A program made the translations under genes and the position numbers. Of a DNA stretch of 64,000 bases, positions 61,837 to 64,000 are shown piece by piece. Position 1 is the first letter of the stretch; each line of letters opens with the position of its first letter. The notes beneath the pieces were generated by a model. That model did not search any database and was not told where the DNA came from. It saw nothing but the letters and a program-made list of their open reading frames with translations. Location: contig CATNEN010000003.1 of NCBI GenBank assembly GCA_950097015.1, positions 7,068,001 through 7,132,000 of the forward strand, in the 5' to 3' direction. Origin of the DNA: Macrostomum hystrix. Its lineage: Eukaryota > Animalia > Platyhelminthes.

Positions 61837-62693
61837 AAAAATACGGACAGAGAAACTAGAGAATCCCTATAATGCAGACTTTAAACTGAACAGAAAGTTC
61901 TTAGACTAGAATGAAAAATAGCCGGAGAACACAATAAAGAATTTATGGACTCAATAAAAATCGCATAAATTAGCTTGACCAAGCACCAAGAGAAAATAAT
62001 TATTAAAAATCAATTTGCGAGCACAACAGAGATTAGATAAAAGCAGGTTTTGCAAATTCCAAATCACCAATGCTTAGGTAAAATAATTATTAAAATCAAA
62101 TATGAATATGATAATGAGTTGTATGCTGGTTGCACTAGAATTTAATTAGCTAAAATAGTAAAAACAATTTTTAAAGCAGTAAAACAAATCGAATGAGTTT
62201 AAATTAATTTCTTTTCCGGTTCGTCTAAAAAGCTAAAAAACACAATGAAGTCCAGCTGCATAACGCATATTGTCCTAATAAATTATGATTCATTAGGAAA
62301 AGCCAGGGAAAAATACTGAACACAGAACAAGAAGTTAAAATAGAACTAGCTGTTAAACCAAGCCAATGAAAAAACATAAGACAAAAGAAAGACAAATTAA
62401 ACAATAATTAGGCTATTATAGACAGCTCAAACACGCTATAAAGTGTCACAGTTTACCAATTAGTGTAAAGAAACAAATGGAATAAGAAATTTCAATCCTT
62501 AAAAGAATGCTAATCTCAAAAAGGAATTAAAAACTTTAAAAACCAAAAACGCCAAGAAAAGAAGACTAAAATATTTAAATGGCAGAAGCATTTTCTTCAA
62601 TCAGAAACTGTCATTACTCACATTATTATTATTTTGACGTTTTATCTCACTCTCCTAATCTCATCTCCTTCTAAGTAGGAGTTCAGCTCGCAT

Positions 62694-63482
62694 TTAATAG
62701 AACTTCTTAGCCGCGTCTTGTCGCCTTAAATAGTAGAAGCCCAGGCCAAACATGGCCGCAGTTTGTAGTAGGATGGCGCAGTATAGACCGTTGTATGTAG
62801 CACAATTGCTAACCTCCGGCTGCTGCTGCTGCTGCTGCTGCTGAACAGACCGGCCAACTCGTTCAGATAATTCCGAATGCCTAGTAGTCAAATGATCCAT
62901 CTTGTCGGCTAGTCTAGTTAGGGTGTCGCGCAATTCGCGAGTTCCGTAAGCATCGGCTCCAGTTGAGGCGACAGCCTTAGGTAGGGCCTCCTTAACACTG
63001 GCAATCTCTTTCTTAACATCACCAACAGATTTAGCTAACTCGGTCAGACTAGTAGCCAAATCTTGCCTAGCACTTGATACAGCAGCCGTTACTTCGTGAA
63101 TCGACGCCCGGATATGGGATTGCTCTTCCCAGATCTGGCGGTACTGTCGCAGGGTTTCATCTTCGCTGTAACTGCCAGAAGCCTTCTGGGCGTCAGAGTG
63201 CAAACCTTCGACCGCTTCCCGATGGCTCTTGGCGATGGCGTCAATCTGATCCTTGAGCTTCTTGGAGTATTCTTCGTATTCTTGTTCGTACTTTTTTCGT
63301 TCAGCCTCGGCTGCGGCGTCCGAGGAAGCGGAGCCGGAGGAAGCAGGAGGAGCGCCCTTCACCGACAGCGAGTGCACGATGAAGTTGTAGACGTCCATAT
63401 CATCAGAGACGGCTCCAGTGGCAGCCGTAATGCCGAAGTAGCCCTTGGCTGGCAGAACTACTGAATCCTTCTCGAAGCAGAG
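62694..63482 (-). CDS. LMAN1: ERGIC-53 / LMAN1, terminal exon (end of L-lectin domain, coiled coil, TM, KKFY motif)
   Basis: Acceptor TTTTGCCAG. LPAKGYFGITAATGAVSDDMDV lectin motif, long coiled coil, membrane-proximal Cys, TM segment and C-terminal AAKKFY signal. Confidence 0.9.
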   Translation of the reverse strand, partial: LCFEKDSVVLPAKGYFGITAATGAVSDDMDVYNFIVHSLSVKGAPPASSGSASSDAAAEAERKKYEQEYEEYSKKLKDQIDAIAKSHREAVEGLHSDAQKASGSYSEDETLRQYRQIWEEQSHIRASIHEVTAAVSSARQDLATSLTELAKSVGDVKKEIASVKEALPKAVASTGADAYGTRELRDTLTRLADKMDHLTTRHSELSERVGRSVQQQQQQQQPEVSNCATYNGLYCAILLQTAAMFGLGFYYLRRQDAAKKFY

Positions 63483-63526
63483 CTGGCAAAATGACACAAT
63501 TTGACAATTAACAAAAATATTTTTAC

Positions 63527-63852
63527 TTGCAGGAGGGCTGCGGGCAATGGCACGTCATTTGGTGACACTAGACCTGCAGCCAGCGAGGAGGCAATTCTGC
63601 CTATTTCGTTGACTCCTGAGAACAAACGCACACGCTCACACAGGTGTGTACATCTGCCCTGACTTTCTCTCATCGTCAGGCAGTGTACACTCTCACTGTG
63701 CCTTGAGAGGCTGGCCCTCAAGGCCCTAAATCGCACGACAAACCTCTAAGCCCTCTCTTCGCGGCTGCGACCAAAATATATGTGGCCTCGCCGCGTAATC
63801 GCGCTAAGGGACCTTGGTGCGAGAGACAAACGCGTTAACCGCTCTGCCACTC
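63527..63852 (-). mobile_element. tRNA-derived SINE, copy 3
   Basis: Reverse complement aligns with copies 1 and 2 (small internal deletion). Ends ~45 nt upstream of the LMAN1 acceptor. Confidence 0.88.
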
Positions 63853-64000
63853 ATCCTCCTGAGAGTCCCTGTTTAATACTGATACCTCTGTCTTCAATAT
63901 TTCTAATTAGATTAGTAATATAAGCCTTATAATGTGGGAACAAATAGTGTTCGAGCGTATAAAAGAAATACTTCCACTCTTACCTCATAATCGCTGTCCT

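Overview
AT-rich, intron-containing animal genomic DNA, about half of it minisatellite. A free-living flatworm such as Macrostomum is my guess from the repeat style only. Genes supported by the sequence: the last (C2) exon of intersectin; a 5-exon gene with an unassigned C-terminal CxxC-rich region; RMDN1-like; a solitary, divergent ANTP-class homeobox with Xlox/Pdx-like residues; a complete 18-exon NELL gene (about 976 aa) with an extra Thr/Ser-rich tail; a probable 2-exon TATA-driven gene for a 119-aa His/Cys/Ala-rich peptide; and the last exon of LMAN1/ERGIC-53. Mobile DNA: three copies of a structured tRNA-derived SINE, a Buster/Charlie-type hAT MITE carrying a minisatellite, a piggyBac-like MITE plus a degenerate copy, and an endonuclease-only non-LTR retroelement with a TSD. 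The main unexplained pattern is that most long introns hold a different minisatellite, usually next to a splice site. Neighbouring arrays share core words, and some arrays are tandem AG|GT splice signals. All exon models were read by eye and lack transcript support. Most long ORFs in the ORF track are repeat artefacts.
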